From assembly GCA_038244715.1 (NCBI GenBank), contig JBBRTE010000015.1:38956-102955 (forward strand): a stretch of DNA of 64,000 bases. The letters run 5' to 3'. Below, piece by piece: positions 1-9,697 of the stretch. The notes under the pieces were generated by a model. The model was not told the DNA's origin and made no database searches. It was given only the letters and a program-made list of their open reading frames with translations. The DNA comes from Thermoanaerobaculia bacterium. Its GTDB lineage: Bacteria > Acidobacteriota > Thermoanaerobaculia > Gp7-AA8. A program made the position numbers and the translations under genes. The stretch's first letter is position 1. Every line of letters begins with the position of its first letter.

Positions 1-302
1 GACCAGCCGGTTGAGCGAATCGACGGCGTCGTAGAGAAGATCGGTCAGGTCCTTCGTGATCTCGATCTTCCCCATGCGCAGACGGTCGAGCATGTCCTCG
101 AGGCTGTGCGACAGCTCGGAGATCTCACCGAACCCGAGCATTCCCGCAAGTCCCTTGAGCGAGTGCACTTCCCGGAAGATCTTGTTGATGACCTCGGGCC
201 GGACGCTGGCGCCCTGCGACTCGAACTCAACGAGATCGCGCGAGAGCGTGTCGAGCAGCTCTTCGGCTTCGCCCGTGAACTCGTCCCGCGCCCGATCGTC
301 TT
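1..302 (-). CDS. cheA: CheA-like histidine kinase, N-terminal HPt (P1) domain; 5' part of a gene running off the window start
   Basis: Reverse-strand ATG at 302-300. Translation MSKEDDRARDEFTGEAEELLDTL...INKIFREVHSLKGLAGMLGF...DMLDRLRMGKIEITKDL contains the HSLKG phospho-histidine motif of CheA P1 domains. Absent from the ORF track because it has no stop inside the window. Confidence 0.6.
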
Positions 303-376
303 CCTTCGACATTGCGGGCATTGTACCGGCGAAGCACGCGTGCCGGTCGCGAACGCAGGGGTCGCCGCGACGGGCG

Positions 377-754
377 CTAGGTCACGCGCAGCAGCCTGCG
401 CAGTTTCTCGATCAGGTCGGCAGCCTGGAACGGCTTGACCAGGTACTCCTCCGCACCGAGGGCCGAGGCGCGCTTGAAGTCCTCGTCGCGCGATTCCGTG
501 GAGATCACCATGATCGGGATCGAGCGATACACGGGGTGGTTCTTGAGAAACGAGACCAGCTCGAGCCCGTTGATGTCCGGCATGTTGATGTCGGTGAGAA
601 TGGCGTCGAACTTGTGATGCGGAAGCGTCTTCAGCGCCTCGAAGCCGCTGGCCGCTTCGACGATCTCCAGTTCGTAGGCTTCGGTTCCCCCCTCGATGAT
701 CGTGGTGAGGTAGGCACGCATCGAGCTCGAGTCTTCGACGACGAGGACTTTCAA
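377..754 (-). CDS. cheY: CheY-like single-domain response regulator
   Basis: 125 aa, MKVLVVEDSSSMR...FDAILTDINMPDINGLEL...MVISTES...EYLVKPF. Has the receiver acidic pocket, the phospho-acceptor Asp in the DxxMP context and the conserved Lys. Confidence 0.85.
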   Translation of the reverse strand: MKVLVVEDSSSMRAYLTTIIEGGTEAYELEIVEAASGFEALKTLPHHKFDAILTDINMPDINGLELVSFLKNHPVYRSIPIMVISTESRDEDFKRASALGAEEYLVKPFQAADLIEKLRRLLRVT

Positions 755-2685
755 CGCTGGGCCTTTTCCGCGGCGAATACGGCGTTGCCGAACGCATAGC
801 CGGCCTGGGAGATGAAGATCTCGAGTCCTGTCATCTTGTCGATCGGAGCATGGTGCTCGGCGTTGTCGCCGTACAGAATACCAATCGTCCGCTTCGCGTG
901 CATGATCGGGAGTGCAACCACTTCAGTAGGCATCAACCCGCCTAAACCCTCGATGAGTTGCACATTGGCGGGCGTCCGCCGCATCTTCCCGCGATGGGCT
1001 CCTCCCGAGGCGGCGACGTCGCCGAGGATGGAGGGATCCGCGCGAGGGATGCGCAGGGACTTCACGAGGTCCGCCATCTCGCCGCCGCCATCCGTTGCAC
1101 CGAAGCCGGTCACCCCCGTAAAGGCATCCTCTCCGGCGATGAACAGCGCGCCACGGTCGAGGTACTGCGCCGACAGCCGCAGGATCGTGGCCGAGACCTC
1201 GCCGATGTCGTTCGGATCGGATAACTCATTGATGAGCTGCTTGAGCAGTCCGTAACTGCGGTCGACATTTTCTTTTTCGCCGCTCTCGTAGAACCGCTTG
1301 CCTGCTTCGGGGTCGAGCCCGCCGGTGAACTGCTCCCACTGCTTGAACGCACGCTCGGCGAAAAGCACCAGTTCGTCCGCGAAGAGCGTCAGCTCTTCCT
1401 CCGCCAGCCCCGGCTGCAGCCGCGCCGGCGTCGGTTTGGTGAGATAGAGGTCCGCACCACGGCGCAGCAGATCATGCCTGCGTCTCAAGTCTGCTTCCGA
1501 ATCGATGACCACGACCGGCAGCCGCGGATTTTTTCTTTTGAGCTGCTGGAGGAGGACATCGGCGTTGCCGGTCAACTCCAGGAACGTCACGAAGAACGTG
1601 TTCGCGCGAATCAGGTTCCCGATCTCGGCACGCGCGTCTTCGATGATTCCAAACTGTGCGATCTTCACGCCGCTTCGCTGGAATGCGCGCCGAGCCGCCA
1701 CGCGGATGAGCGGATTGCGCTCGAACAGCACGACATTGCGATAGGTGGCATCCGGCGATTCGACATCGAACAGACCGCCGGAAACCTTGAACTGACTCGA
1801 CGATGCGCGGGGAGCTCCGGCGGGTTCTGACGCCGGATCCTCCTCGGGTTCCGGCGCGTGCATCGGTTCCGATTTCAGCACTGGCTCTTGCGCTGGCTCG
1901 GGTTCTGGCTCGGGTGCTGGCTCGGGCTCCGTCTCGAGTTCGGGTGGCGGCAGCGGCGCGAGCGGCTGGTGGTCAGCGAGGGGTTCTTCGTCCGGTACCG
2001 GAGAAAATGTCGGACCGTCGTCGCGCGCCTCGATATTCGGGAAGGGCAGAACGTTGTCGTCCGCCACCGGCACAGGCTCCGGGCCCCTGGTCTGCCCAAG
2101 TCCGAGGTTGAGCGTCGTCGACGGCGGCTCGACCGCGGCGGAACGGAGGAGGGCGCGGCCCACCTTCAGAGATTCCTCGAGGCCGCGCAACGGCTTGAGT
2201 TTCTCTCCATCGGCCGCGCCAACGATCTTCTGCGGTGCGAAGCCACCTTCCTTGAAGATGGTGTCGGGGTCGTATTCGACGTCGAGAGGACCGACTTGGT
2301 CGCTGAGGATAAAGTTGAACTCCCCCTCGCGGCTCTGCAGGAGCGGGGCGACCACGTCCACGATCCGATCGTGAATGGCGTTGCCGAGGTCTGCGGCCGA
2401 GATGAAGTTCATTTCCACGGCCGCGGTTCCGTACGGGATCCCGCTCTCTTCCATCTGGCGCAGGCCCGGCGCCGCCGCTTCGGGCATCAGTCCGCGCGCC
2501 ACCAGATAGGTGAGCAGATCAGGGTGCTCCGGCGAGGAGGCGTTGACCACGAGCCCCTGCCGGAACAGCACTGTGTGCCGGCCTCGGCCGTCGACGATCT
2601 CGAGCACGCCGGTACGCCGGCTGAGATAGACGATCTGAACGATGTCGGTGAGTGAAAGATCTTCGAGGCGACCGAGAAGACTCAC
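751..2685 (-). CDS. DUF4388 (PATAN) domain protein with acidic Pro-rich linker, atypical receiver-like domain and C-terminal GAF-like region
   Basis: 644 aa. N-terminus MSLLGRLEDLSLTDIVQIVYLSRRTGVLEI is typical of DUF4388. PEPEPAPEPEPEPAQEP low-complexity linker. Receiver-like block VVLFERNPLIRVAARRAFQRSGVKIAQ...FVTFLELTGNAD...LPVVVIDSEAD...LYLTKP has Glu where the phospho-Asp is expected. 4-nt overlap with cheY start. Confidence 0.7.
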   Translation of the reverse strand: MSLLGRLEDLSLTDIVQIVYLSRRTGVLEIVDGRGRHTVLFRQGLVVNASSPEHPDLLTYLVARGLMPEAAAPGLRQMEESGIPYGTAAVEMNFISAADLGNAIHDRIVDVVAPLLQSREGEFNFILSDQVGPLDVEYDPDTIFKEGGFAPQKIVGAADGEKLKPLRGLEESLKVGRALLRSAAVEPPSTTLNLGLGQTRGPEPVPVADDNVLPFPNIEARDDGPTFSPVPDEEPLADHQPLAPLPPPELETEPEPAPEPEPEPAQEPVLKSEPMHAPEPEEDPASEPAGAPRASSSQFKVSGGLFDVESPDATYRNVVLFERNPLIRVAARRAFQRSGVKIAQFGIIEDARAEIGNLIRANTFFVTFLELTGNADVLLQQLKRKNPRLPVVVIDSEADLRRRHDLLRRGADLYLTKPTPARLQPGLAEEELTLFADELVLFAERAFKQWEQFTGGLDPEAGKRFYESGEKENVDRSYGLLKQLINELSDPNDIGEVSATILRLSAQYLDRGALFIAGEDAFTGVTGFGATDGGGEMADLVKSLRIPRADPSILGDVAASGGAHRGKMRRTPANVQLIEGLGGLMPTEVVALPIMHAKRTIGILYGDNAEHHAPIDKMTGLEIFISQAGYAFGNAVFAAEKAQR

Positions 2686-3095
2686 GGTGGGAGATTGTAT
2701 CGTTTCAAAATGCCATCGAGGATGCCGTTGATGAATTGGGACGACTTATCGTTCCCGAACTTCTTGGCAATCTCGATGGCCTCGTCGATGATCACCAGCT
2801 TCGGCGTCTCATCCTCGTGCAGGAATTCGTAGATGGACATCCGGATGATATTGCGGTCGACGACCGCCATCCGCGACAGGCGCCAGTTGTCGGCCTGGGC
2901 CTGGATCATCCCGTCGATGTCCACGATGTGCTCCACGGTGCCGCGGAAGATCTTCGTCGCGAATTCGCGCGTGTTGGGCTTCGACTTCTGCAGATCCTCG
3001 AACGTGTCGATGATCATGTCCGGCCCGTTTCCGGAGAGGTCGTGTTGATAGAGCATCTGCAGCGCGAGCTCCCGTGCTTTTCGACGCGCGCCCAT
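2682..3095 (-). CDS. nusB: Transcription antitermination factor NusB
   Basis: ORF 2682..3155 trimmed to the internal ATG at 3095 (MGARRKARELALQMLYQHDLSG..., classic NusB N-terminus). That ATG sits 1 nt after the ribH stop (3097-3099); ribH-nusB adjacency is conserved. Confidence 0.88.
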   Translation of the reverse strand: MGARRKARELALQMLYQHDLSGNGPDMIIDTFEDLQKSKPNTREFATKIFRGTVEHIVDIDGMIQAQADNWRLSRMAVVDRNIIRMSIYEFLHEDETPKLVIIDEAIEIAKKFGNDKSSQFINGILDGILKRYNLPP

Positions 3096-3096
3096 T

Positions 3097-3579
3097 TCAG
3101 ACGGGCCCTTCGCTGCGAAGCAGGCGCCCCAGATTTGCCATCTCGATGGCCGCAAGCGCTGCTTCCCACCCTTTGTTCCCGCTGCCGGCGGACGAGCGCG
3201 CCACCGCCTGCTCCTGCGTATTGCAGGTGATGACGCCGAACGCCACGGGGAACCGGGACTCGATAGCGATCCGGGAGAGATCGTTCGTCACCTGCGCGGA
3301 GATGAAGTCGAAGTGCGGGGTGTCGCCACGAAGCAGGCAGCCCAGCGCGACCACGGCATCGTGCCGGCCGCCATCGATCAGTCTCGCCGCGAACGTGGGA
3401 ATCTCGAACGCACCGGGAACGCGATAGATCTGAATCGCATCGTCGGAAACACCATGCCGGATGAGGCAATCAATGGCGCCTCGCAGCAGTCCATCGACGA
3501 TCTCGTCGTTGAACCGACTGGCGACAATGGCGACACGCAAACCTTCAGCGTTGTGATCGCCTTCGAAAGAGCGGGGCAT
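3097..3579 (-). CDS. ribH: 6,7-dimethyl-8-ribityllumazine synthase
   Basis: 160 aa, RVAIVASRFNDEIVDGLLRGAIDCL...FEIPTFAARL...DAVVALGCLLRGDTPHFDFI...; typical RibH length and motifs. Confidence 0.9.
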   Translation of the reverse strand: MPRSFEGDHNAEGLRVAIVASRFNDEIVDGLLRGAIDCLIRHGVSDDAIQIYRVPGAFEIPTFAARLIDGGRHDAVVALGCLLRGDTPHFDFISAQVTNDLSRIAIESRFPVAFGVITCNTQEQAVARSSAGSGNKGWEAALAAIEMANLGRLLRSEGPV

Positions 3580-3660
3580 AGCGGGCGCGGATTATATGCG
3601 CGGCGTTCGAAGGAGCCGGAACGAATACAACCCGGCCGGGCGCGGCAGTACCATTTCCTG

Positions 3661-4344
3661 ATGCGAAACAAACTGATGCTGGCCGCCGTCGCCATCCTGG
3701 CCTGCTCCGCGTGCGATCCACTCATCCGCAAATTCGAAGTCGTTCCGCAGCAGTTGCAGTGTCCCGGCAACGTCACCTTGACCTGGAAAGGTGATGCCGA
3801 CGGCCTCGACCTCGATGCCGACAAGCCGGTGAGTCCCGCCACCCCGCAGTCGCTGCTGAAAGAAGGTACGCAGAAGGAGATGGTCAGCGAGACCACGACC
3901 TTCATGGTTCACTATCCCGGTGCCGGACATCGGGAGAAAACCGTAACCGTCGCCAATCTGAATTGCGGCAATCCTGTTCCCATGCCGCAGCAGTGTTCGC
4001 CCGTCCCCCTCACGTTCAACGGCCAGTGCACGAACGCAACCATGGGCCCGTCGTACGACACGCAGGCGATCAGCGCCGCGGCTGGACCGGGGGCCATCAC
4101 GATGCTGAGCAACACAGCCAGCTTCCCCGTGCACGTCCAGCACAACGGCCAGGAAATCGCCCTCGGCGCCGGTGGTGGTCCGCTCTCTCCCATCCCGCCC
4201 AACCTCCCCGCGGCGGGCTCCTACACGATCATCGTTCCCGGACAGGCAGGCCTGCTGATCTGTCAGGGTGCGGGACCGACGAGTGGAACGACCGATGCGC
4301 CGCCGGTCACGGTTCTGGTGACGCCAACCTGTCCGAACCCGTAA
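3661..4344 (+). CDS. Putative lipoprotein, function unknown
   Basis: ORF 3313..4344 trimmed to ATG 3661 (upstream part is antisense to ribH). MRNKLMLAAVAILACSACDP gives a signal peptide plus lipobox (ILAC). Mature part is Cys/Pro/Thr-rich with no family recognised. Confidence 0.5.
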   Translation: MRNKLMLAAVAILACSACDPLIRKFEVVPQQLQCPGNVTLTWKGDADGLDLDADKPVSPATPQSLLKEGTQKEMVSETTTFMVHYPGAGHREKTVTVANLNCGNPVPMPQQCSPVPLTFNGQCTNATMGPSYDTQAISAAAGPGAITMLSNTASFPVHVQHNGQEIALGAGGGPLSPIPPNLPAAGSYTIIVPGQAGLLICQGAGPTSGTTDAPPVTVLVTPTCPNP

Positions 4345-4366
4345 GCGGCGTGTAGCGGACCAGCAC

Positions 4367-6199
4367 TCAGCGGCCGCTGGCGATCGCCGGGGCCGGGCGC
4401 ATCTGGTCGTCGCGGTCGTTGTAGAAATTCACGAGGCCTTCGTAGATCGCGTCGGCGACGCGCTGGCGATACTTCTTCGTCTTGATGAGCGCACGATCGC
4501 GCTCGTTGCCGAGGTTGCAGATCTCGAGGAGGACGCGGGTGGGAACGAGGTTGTAGCGGATCACGGCAGGCACCCACTCGCGCCCATCGCGCACGACGTT
4601 GTCGCGCACAGGGTTGAAGGGGTGCACTTTCAGCTCGCTGCTGTCGAATGCGTCGAGGATCGACTCCGCCAGGTCGCGCGACAAGCCTTCGGCAGCGAGT
4701 GACTCTTTCTCCGAGTGGCGGACGACGGGGCTCTCGCGGACTTCGGCTCGCGCCAGATACACCTGCTCACTTTTTTCGTACGAGCCGGTCACGTAACGCT
4801 GCCCCGGGATGTACGCCATCGCTCCGCGCAGCGAAGGATGGAGCGAATCGGCGTGAATGGAGACGAAGACGACCTTCTCCCGCGCTACGTGTTGTTTCAT
4901 CGCACGATGAAAGATGGAGTTGGCCAGATACCAGCGCAGGTTCACGCCGACGGCCGGATCGCCGATGACGTACTTCGGTGAGGTCAGGACGATGTGGTCG
5001 GTCTGTTCTTCGAGCTCATCGCCGTCCGGAATGTCGTAGCCGGCCTGCTTTGACTTCGTCGTCGCCGCGACGGTGGCGCCCGATTTCTTCTCGAGAATGC
5101 GCTTCAGCCGGCACATCACGTCGTACACGTAGTTCGATTCCCAGACGCCGTCATGGGTGGCGCCGACGTCGCGCCCTCCGTGGCCGGCATCGAGGATGAC
5201 GCGAACGCCGGCAAGACCTTTCGCACGCGCGCGGACGGCGAGCTTCGCGCTCTCGCGCTTGACCTGCTCGTTCGCGACGCGGGTGGGATCGTCGGGCGGG
5301 AGGTACTCCGGCAGCAGCAGGGACATCGGAATCTTCACGCGATAACCAATCGGAATCCTGGCGACGTCGTCGATGCCGTTGAACGTCACGAGACGTTCGA
5401 GGACATCGCCGACGTCTTTCGAATAGACACGGCCGGTGAATCGAATCGCCACCGATGAATAGAGTGCTTCGCCTTTTTGCAGCCGATAGACGGCAAACGG
5501 CTCGGAGCCGCTCCGGTCGTACGTCAGCGACGGTTGGCCGGGGGCGGCCACGGCTTCAGGTATCGAAACTGCCGCAGCATGAGCATCCGCGCTCGTACGC
5601 TCTTCCGAATCGTCTTCCGATTTCCGAATCTCGGCTGTTTTCGGTGCATTCCGTTCCTCCATTTCGCCGCGGCGGAATGCCGTAGCGAGAAGCTCCTTCG
5701 GGATGAGGATCACGTCACCTTTGTGGGTCGAGAGTCCCTGCGCGGGATTGGCGGCGCGGATGGCGGAGTAGTTCTCGCCGCGTCCGGTAAACCACTCCGC
5801 GATGTTCCAGAGAGACTCGCCTTCGACACCACTGTTGCCGACGACGATGTGCTTCCATCCGCTGGCGGTCTCGCTGTCGGATGGGAAGAGTGTCGACGCC
5901 ACTTCGCGCTGAAGAATGGGCCGGAGAATATTGAACGGAATGTGGACGCGCTGCTCGGGCGTGAGATTGCCGCCGGAGTGGTTGAACGCGGCGATGTCGT
6001 TCCAGCGGTCGCCGTCGCCCGTCACGCGTTTGGCAAGACGGCTCCAGGCATCGCCTTCATGCGGAGTCACCACGACATCGATGGTGTACTCCGCGGTCAG
6101 CGACGCACGCAGCTCGGGCGTGATCACCTTCCAGGAGGTCGCGGCGACGAGCGCCGCCGGAAGAAGTGCTCCAACGAGCCCCACCCACCACTTACGCAC
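4367..6199 (-). CDS. N-acetylmuramoyl-L-alanine amidase (Amidase_3, AmiC-like) with N-terminal signal peptide and LysM-like region
   Basis: 610 aa. Signal-like N-terminus MRKWWVGLVGALLPAALVAA. C-terminal VILDAGHGGRDVGA...VFVSIHADS...LLEICNLGN matches the Amidase_3 catalytic domain. Confidence 0.8.
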   Translation of the reverse strand: MRKWWVGLVGALLPAALVAATSWKVITPELRASLTAEYTIDVVVTPHEGDAWSRLAKRVTGDGDRWNDIAAFNHSGGNLTPEQRVHIPFNILRPILQREVASTLFPSDSETASGWKHIVVGNSGVEGESLWNIAEWFTGRGENYSAIRAANPAQGLSTHKGDVILIPKELLATAFRRGEMEERNAPKTAEIRKSEDDSEERTSADAHAAAVSIPEAVAAPGQPSLTYDRSGSEPFAVYRLQKGEALYSSVAIRFTGRVYSKDVGDVLERLVTFNGIDDVARIPIGYRVKIPMSLLLPEYLPPDDPTRVANEQVKRESAKLAVRARAKGLAGVRVILDAGHGGRDVGATHDGVWESNYVYDVMCRLKRILEKKSGATVAATTKSKQAGYDIPDGDELEEQTDHIVLTSPKYVIGDPAVGVNLRWYLANSIFHRAMKQHVAREKVVFVSIHADSLHPSLRGAMAYIPGQRYVTGSYEKSEQVYLARAEVRESPVVRHSEKESLAAEGLSRDLAESILDAFDSSELKVHPFNPVRDNVVRDGREWVPAVIRYNLVPTRVLLEICNLGNERDRALIKTKKYRQRVADAIYEGLVNFYNDRDDQMRPAPAIASGR

Positions 6200-6261
6200 G
6201 CCCCAAAGTGTAGCACCGGAGGCGACGCACGTAGTCCGCTGACTGCCGCACGGCTCGAAGA

Positions 6262-7656
6262 TCAGGTCCCCAGCATCCGCGGGACCGCGCGCCAGTAACC
6301 CGTCTCTCTCTCGAAGTAGCTCGCCGCCCGGAAGAGAGCGCGTTCCGAAAATTGCGGCGCCATGATCTGCAGCGACAGAGGCAGCCCCTGGCGGGAAAAG
6401 CCCGAAGGGACGGCGATCGCCGGGATGCCGACCAGATTCGCCGGCGCCGTGAAGATGTCACTGAGGTACATCGACAACGGATCGTCCGTTTTCGCGCCGA
6501 TTGGGAACGCCGGCTCGGGCGTCGTCGGCGTCAGGAGAAAATCGAACCTCCCGAACACCGCGTCGAAATCCGCACGCAGCTTCGCGCGCACCGCCTGCGC
6601 TTGACCGTAGTACGCGTCGTAGTAGCCGGAAGAAAGTGCAAACGTCCCGAGCATGATGCGGCGCTTGACCTCGTCCCCGAATCCTTCGCCGCGCGATTCC
6701 AGATAGACCTCGTGCAATGTCTTCGCGCGCGCGCTGCGATGGCCGAATCGGACGCCGTCGAACCGGGAAAGGTTCGCGCTCGCCTCCGCGTTCGCGAGGA
6801 TGTAGTAGATAGCGATGGCGTAGCCGATCGTGGGGACACTGGCCTCTTCCACGATCGCCCCGCCGCTGCGCAGGACGGCGATCGCTGCGTCGAAGTTCGC
6901 GCGCATCTCCCCCTCCAGCTGACCGACAGCTTCCCGCACGACCCCGAAGCGAAGCCCGCGGACTCCGGAATCGAGATCGGCGGCGTAGTCGTCGATCGCG
7001 TGTGCCGATGATGTTGAGTCAAGAGGATCGTGACCGGCGATGAGGCCCAGGATCTCAGCGGACTCCCTGACGGTCTTCGACACGATGCCGATCTGGTCGA
7101 CGCTGGAGCCGAAGGCCACCAGCCCGTTCCTGCTCACACGGCCGTACGTGGGCTTGAGTCCCACGACCCCGCAGAGCGCAGCCGGCTGCCGGACCGAGCC
7201 GCCCGTCTCCGAGCCGAGAGCAATGGGAACCATGCGCGCGGCGACGGCCACCGCGGAGCCGCCTGACGAACCGCCCGGAACGCGGGTTGGATCCCACGGA
7301 TTGCGCGTCGGACCGAAAGCGGAGTGCTCCGTCGATGATCCCATCGCGAATTCGTCGAGATTGGTCTTTCCAACGATGCTGCATCCCGCCGCGCGCAGAC
7401 GGCCGACCGCCGTGGCGTCGAACGGCGACACGAACCGGCCGAGGATCCTGGACGCACACGTGGTCGGCATGCCGGTCGTGACAATGTTGTCCTTCACCCC
7501 GAGAGGCATCCCGTCTTCCGAGTCGCGCGCGACGTGAAGAAACGCGTTCAGAGACGGATTCAACCGATCGATGGCCGCGAGGGAGGCGGCCACCAGCTCC
7601 CGTCCACTCGCTGCCGCACGCGCCTCATGCCAGGGAAGGTGCAGGAGGTCAGTCAC
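6262..7656 (-). CDS. gatA: Glutamyl-tRNA(Gln) amidotransferase subunit A
   Basis: 464 aa with amidase signature GGSSGGSAVAVAARMVPIALGSETGGSVRQPAALCGVVGLKPTYGRVSR; followed by gatC with an 8-nt overlap. Confidence 0.9.
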   Translation of the reverse strand: MTDLLHLPWHEARAAASGRELVAASLAAIDRLNPSLNAFLHVARDSEDGMPLGVKDNIVTTGMPTTCASRILGRFVSPFDATAVGRLRAAGCSIVGKTNLDEFAMGSSTEHSAFGPTRNPWDPTRVPGGSSGGSAVAVAARMVPIALGSETGGSVRQPAALCGVVGLKPTYGRVSRNGLVAFGSSVDQIGIVSKTVRESAEILGLIAGHDPLDSTSSAHAIDDYAADLDSGVRGLRFGVVREAVGQLEGEMRANFDAAIAVLRSGGAIVEEASVPTIGYAIAIYYILANAEASANLSRFDGVRFGHRSARAKTLHEVYLESRGEGFGDEVKRRIMLGTFALSSGYYDAYYGQAQAVRAKLRADFDAVFGRFDFLLTPTTPEPAFPIGAKTDDPLSMYLSDIFTAPANLVGIPAIAVPSGFSRQGLPLSLQIMAPQFSERALFRAASYFERETGYWRAVPRMLGT

Positions 7657-7936
7657 CGATCACCTTCGGCACGATGAAATGTCCGTCGTCGCTGAACGCC
7701 GGGGCGTTGGCGGCCACGGCGCTGCGCGCGACCGTCGGACCAGGGACATCGTCTCGCAGCGGCGTGCCGGTCGCGGCTGGAATCACGTCGACGCCGCGCA
7801 CGTCGACTTCGCGGAGCTGATCGATGTACGAGAGGATTTTCGTCATCTCCTCCGCCATTCGTTCGAGTCCCGCTTCATCGAACTCGAGATGGGCCAGAGC
7901 AGCGACGCGTCGCGCTTCGTCGCGATCGATCTTCAT
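7649..7936 (-). CDS. gatC: Asp/Glu-tRNA amidotransferase subunit C
   Basis: 95 aa, MKIDRDEARRVAALAHLEFDEAGLERMAEEMTKILSYIDQL; GatC-like and immediately upstream of and overlapping gatA. Confidence 0.8.
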   Translation of the reverse strand: MKIDRDEARRVAALAHLEFDEAGLERMAEEMTKILSYIDQLREVDVRGVDVIPAATGTPLRDDVPGPTVARSAVAANAPAFSDDGHFIVPKVIGD

Positions 7937-7946
7937 CGCCGGGAGT

Positions 7947-9626
7947 CTATGCCAGGCGTGCGTTCAGCATGTCGAGGAAGCGCTGCGTCAGTTCCGGGTC
8001 GAACTGCGTTCCGGCTCCCTGGGCCATCTTGACCGCGGCCTGGTCGAGACTTTCCGGAGCGGCATAACTGTCCGAGGCGATCATCGTCTCGTAGACATCA
8101 CAGATCTGGACGAGGCGTGTCACCGCCGGGATGGCGGTGCCCATCAGGTTGTTCGGATAGCCGAGTCCATCCCACCGTTCGTGATGGTAGAGCACGGCCC
8201 GCGCGATTTCATGTCCGAGGAGCGGCTCCACGATGGCGGCACTCACGGCGGGATGTTCCCGCAGGATCGCCAGCTCATCGGGCGAGAGGTTCTCGCGCCT
8301 GTAGAGATTGTCGTAGTCGAGCAGCCGCATGCCGACGTCATGGATGAGGGCCACGATGCGCGCCGTCTCCGCCTCCACCGGACTCAGACGCACGAACCGC
8401 GCGAATGCCTCAACCCGTGACGCGACCGCCTCGGAATGCCGGCGCAATTCGGGGTACTTCGAGAAATCGGGTTCCAGAAGCGCCACGGCAATGTTGGAGC
8501 GAATCTGCTGGAGCGCACGGCGCGACAGGGAGCTCTCGATGGCTACCTGGAGCTGACGGTGAAACACCGAGAGCAGTTCGTGGACAGCGCGTTCGGGCGC
8601 CGCGATGAACACAACGGTGAGGTAGATCCCGCGCAGGGACACCGCGACAACCGGTGCCGTGAAGACCTTGTTGATCTGTTGCTCGCGGATCGGCACCTCT
8701 TCGACGCCGAGAGGGAGCACGACGTTGGTCTTCAACAACCCGCCCGGCTCGCCGCGCTTGGTGAGCCACAGATTCAGCTTGGACTGCAGGACATTCAGCG
8801 CGTCGTCGGTGAGGGTCGACCGCGCGGCCACCTCCTGCACGCCGCCCAGATGGCCGTACGCGGAGACCATGGCCACAACGGCGCCCGGAAGCAGGAGCAA
8901 CGCCCGCAACATTTCCCGGATCGTCGCCAGGTCCGACTCGTCGATCGACTGCGGCGCGGCCGGAGGGGCAATCTGCTCCGCGTTGCTGCGCGCTTCCAGG
9001 ATCAGCGACGGAAGCCGCGGCACATGACTGGCCGGCTGCCGCTCCACAGGCCAGAGCGATGGCTTCGCCTGCGCGATCGTTGGCGGCCTTGAGGCAGGAA
9101 CCTCAGGTCCGGCATCGGTGATAGGGACGCTGACCCCGAGCACGACGGCCTTTTCCGGCGCTTCGGAAAGCGTGATGAAGTGCTGTCCGAAAACGTTCTT
9201 CTTTCTGAATTGCTCGCCGATCCGGTCGGCGATTTTCTGCGCCTTCGGCAGGTCGGACACGTCGAACAAAACCTTGCCCTGTTTGTCGCGCATGTCGATC
9301 ACGCCGACCAGGTGACCACGCAGGTAGATCGGTGCGGCCATCAGCCGGTCGCTGGCCGATTCGAACATGACCAGAGAGAACCGGGGCTCCGCGTTCAGAC
9401 CGTTCACGAAGAACGGCGTCCGCCCGCGGCCGCAACGATCGATGATCGGATCCGTCCGGTCCGCCGACGTGCGGACCGCATTGCGGAAGCCGTACTCGGT
9501 GACGAGCTCGAAGCGGCCCTGCGCGTCAAGAAGATAGAGCGCAGCCTTCGTGGCGCGAATCTCCACGGCACAGTCGTAAAGGATCTCCTTCAGTTTTGAT
9601 TGAAGTTCCTGAACCTCGGGATGCAC
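7947..9626 (-). CDS. GAF-domain-containing HD-GYP phosphodiesterase (c-di-GMP signalling)
   Basis: 559 aa. N-terminal GAF-like region. C-terminal HDVGM...HHERWDGLGYP, the HD-GYP signature. Confidence 0.85.
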   Translation of the reverse strand: MHPEVQELQSKLKEILYDCAVEIRATKAALYLLDAQGRFELVTEYGFRNAVRTSADRTDPIIDRCGRGRTPFFVNGLNAEPRFSLVMFESASDRLMAAPIYLRGHLVGVIDMRDKQGKVLFDVSDLPKAQKIADRIGEQFRKKNVFGQHFITLSEAPEKAVVLGVSVPITDAGPEVPASRPPTIAQAKPSLWPVERQPASHVPRLPSLILEARSNAEQIAPPAAPQSIDESDLATIREMLRALLLLPGAVVAMVSAYGHLGGVQEVAARSTLTDDALNVLQSKLNLWLTKRGEPGGLLKTNVVLPLGVEEVPIREQQINKVFTAPVVAVSLRGIYLTVVFIAAPERAVHELLSVFHRQLQVAIESSLSRRALQQIRSNIAVALLEPDFSKYPELRRHSEAVASRVEAFARFVRLSPVEAETARIVALIHDVGMRLLDYDNLYRRENLSPDELAILREHPAVSAAIVEPLLGHEIARAVLYHHERWDGLGYPNNLMGTAIPAVTRLVQICDVYETMIASDSYAAPESLDQAAVKMAQGAGTQFDPELTQRFLDMLNARLA

Positions 9627-9697
9627 GAGGGGAGTTTAACCCGCCGCCGTGGCCGGGCTGAACTCCGACCCTGACTCGTGCCACGGCCCGTCAGACC

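Noticed and set aside
45-799. Track ORFs 45..797(-) and 56..799(+) (250/247 aa) at the window start
   Set aside because: Both are Arg/Ser-rich out-of-frame overlaps of the genuine CheY (377..754) and CheA-HPt (1..302) genes.
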